This document shows positions 61,967-64,000 of a stretch of 64,000 nt of DNA, piece by piece (position 1 is the first letter of the stretch; each line of letters begins with the position of its first letter). Position numbers and translations under genes: made by a program. The stretch lies in the sequence record DRR723986_7384; one strand, written 5' to 3'. Under the pieces are notes generated by a model. It was not told the origin of the DNA. It ran no database searches and saw only the letters and a program-made list of their open reading frames with translations.

Positions 61967-63054
61967 ACGGGCTCGCCCAGCACTTCCAATTTCGGTTCTA
62001 CTCCCAGTCCCGGAGCAGTTGATGCTGCCATCCGGCCGTTGTCGCGTTTGGGAGCGCCATCAGCAATGTCGACCGTTCCGTAGCTATTGAAGTCCGTCGA
62101 CGTGAACTGCAGTTCGGCTGGACATCCGGCAGCCAAGTGGGCAATGGCTGCGGTAATAATATCGCCACCCCAGCTATCTTCGATGGTCATCGCCATCCCG
62201 AGAGTCGCACACAAGTCTCGCGCCTGCGACGCCTTGGTTAAACCTCCGAACTTACTGATCTTGATATTGATTACGTCCGCTGCCAAATCGCTGGCCGCCC
62301 TCATGATCATACTTGCCGAGTCGATCACTTCGTCCATAACAAACGGAAGCGTTGTCTGTCGGCGGACACTCAAACATTCCTCGTAGCTGCGGCATGGTTG
62401 TTCAATGTATAGGTCGAGATCCTGAACGGCATTGACGACCCGAACTGCCTCATGCATGCTCCAGCCCGTGTTCGCATCAGCAACCAATTTATCGTCAGCA
62501 TCAAGCACTTCGCGAACCGCTCGAATTCGCCGAATATCTTCATTCGGATCACCGCCAACCTTGAGCTGAAAACGGCGATAACCTTCCGCTCGGTAATCAG
62601 CAACGTTTTGGGCCATCTCCGCAGCAGGCCTTTGCGATATGGCGCGGTACAGCGTTACAGAATCCTGGAATCGTCCGCCCAGTAACTCGGCGACGGGCAG
62701 GCCCGCGTGCTTGCCAATAATGTCCCAGCAGGCCATGTCGATGGCGCTTTTAACGTATGCATGCCCCTTGAGTTCGAGGTCCATCAGGGCGTTCAAGGGG
62801 ACTGGCCGTGTGGGGTCCTGCCCGAGCAAACTTGGGCCAAGCTCCTCTATTCCCATCCGCACACCACGGGCATAAGCGGGCAGGTAGGCTGGACCAAGCG
62901 GGCAGACTTCTCCCCAACCTTCAATTCCCGAGTCAGTCGCAACACACACGACGGTCGAGTCGAAAACCGAGACACTCTTGCCTTCAGACCAACTGTATTT
63001 CCCTTCGACCAACGGCAAGTCGACCTGATAGGCTTTGATTGAATTGATTTTCAT
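61951..63054 (-). CDS. Mandelate racemase/enolase superfamily enzyme (cis-3-hydroxyproline dehydratase / HpbD-like)
   Basis: GEVCPLG.AYLPAY, FQLKVG, ADANTGW, EQP, MDE, KISKFGG, EDSWGG. Confidence 0.85.
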   Translation of the reverse strand: MKINSIKAYQVDLPLVEGKYSWSEGKSVSVFDSTVVCVATDSGIEGWGEVCPLGPAYLPAYARGVRMGIEELGPSLLGQDPTRPVPLNALMDLELKGHAYVKSAIDMACWDIIGKHAGLPVAELLGGRFQDSVTLYRAISQRPAAEMAQNVADYRAEGYRRFQLKVGGDPNEDIRRIRAVREVLDADDKLVADANTGWSMHEAVRVVNAVQDLDLYIEQPCRSYEECLSVRRQTTLPFVMDEVIDSASMIMRAASDLAADVINIKISKFGGLTKASQARDLCATLGMAMTIEDSWGGDIITAAIAHLAAGCPAELQFTSTDFNSYGTVDIADGAPKRDNGRMAASTAPGLGVEPKLEVLGEPVVTVS

Positions 63055-64000
63055 TCTTTGCGATTCTCTTTGCGAGTGAATACGTCGGCGAATTGCCGAT
63101 AGTTGTGGTAGGGGGCGGCGTGATCCCGCCAATGCTCTACAGCCGCATCGTAGTGCTCTCTCAACTGCACCAGCCGATCTGACGCCATGGAGTCACCAGC
63201 AAGGTTGGTTAACTCAAGTGGATCCTCAGCAATGTTGTACAGTTCTTCCGCGGGTTTCATGCCGTCGCCGGAGTAAGGCCAGTAGATGAATTTCCACTGC
63301 CCCAGCATCACACTCAAGCTGTGAACAGAACGCGGCCCCCAGACGTTCAATAGTGTAATATTGTCACGAACCGAATCGGAGGCATCTCTCAAGAGGGGCA
63401 CCAAGCTGACTCCGTCAATTGCGGTGTCGGGATTCAAACCGGCGAGGCGCAAGATTGTGGGCGCAAGGTCAATACTACCGGTCAGGGCTTGGGTGCGTAG
63501 ACCGCGCGTGCTATCGAGTCGCGGGTCGTGAATAATCAGCGGCACTCGCGACGCCTCTTCATAGGGCAAAACTTTGCTGCCATAACCGTGACTACCACAC
63601 ATGAACCCGTTGTCCGATGTGTAGATAACGACCGTGTTATCCGAACAGCCATGCTTCTCGAGGCTTTGGCGGATCCGGCCAACTGCAACGTCAATGCCGT
63701 GTATCTGCTGGTGATACTTTGCCATGACGGCATCGTAATCGTCGCTGTAGCCCCATTCTTCGAACCTAACAAATTGCCTCCCACCACGACTCTGCTGCGC
63801 AAAGTGCTCACCATATCTCCGTCCATAGTTTGCGGGCTTTGTAAACGTCGCCCCCGCATAAACGGCATCGAATCGCGGGTCAGGCTGAACGGGGCGGTGG
63901 GGTGCCTTGAAACTAATTGAAAGGCAAAACGGTTGCTTCTTGCGGGCACTCTCGGCAATAAAGTCCTCGGCGAAAGCTGCGTAGGCAAGCGTTGAGTGCG
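63051..64000 (-). CDS. S1 sulfatase, 5'-partial
   Basis: The frame is open to the window edge: [44 protein letters not shown]. Confidence 0.9.
   Translation of the reverse strand, partial: HSTLAYAAFAEDFIAESARKKQPFCLSISFKAPHRPVQPDPRFDAVYAGATFTKPANYGRRYGEHFAQQSRGGRQFVRFEEWGYSDDYDAVMAKYHQQIHGIDVAVGRIRQSLEKHGCSDNTVVIYTSDNGFMCGSHGYGSKVLPYEEASRVPLIIHDPRLDSTRGLRTQALTGSIDLAPTILRLAGLNPDTAIDGVSLVPLLRDASDSVRDNITLLNVWGPRSVHSLSVMLGQWKFIYWPYSGDGMKPAEELYNIAEDPLELTNLAGDSMASDRLVQLREHYDAAVEHWRDHAAPYHNYRQFADVFTRKENRKE

Overview
Chromosomal window from a planctomycete, probably Pirellulaceae-like. The evidence is three DUF1549/DUF1553 proteins, a DUF1592-family plus DUF1552 pair, DUF1501, DUF1559, three sulfatases and an EDG/PTAVEY Flp pilin. 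It is gene-dense, mixing housekeeping genes (mfd, rlmN-like, nei, fabH, thiS-thiG, purF, proB, modBC) with glycan-degradation genes and a partial Tad pilus locus (flp-cpaA-cpaB-cpaC-cpaE, no cpaF/tadB/tadC). The best candidate for an undescribed system is at 47690-49787. A sigma70 promoter and a clear cobalamin riboswitch precede a two-gene unit: a DUF1559 type IV prepilin-like protein and a PEP-CTERM-anchored DUF4465 protein. This suggests B12 capture with no BtuB/BtuFCD in the unit, and gives a functional clue for DUF1559. Two genes missed by the ORF track were read by hand: a degenerate SelA-like protein running off the left edge and a 51-aa DUF2256 protein. An Rpn nuclease gene has a plausible internal start for an intragenic antitoxin. 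No rRNA, tRNA, CRISPR array or IS element was recognised. All family calls come from motif recognition, not database searches.
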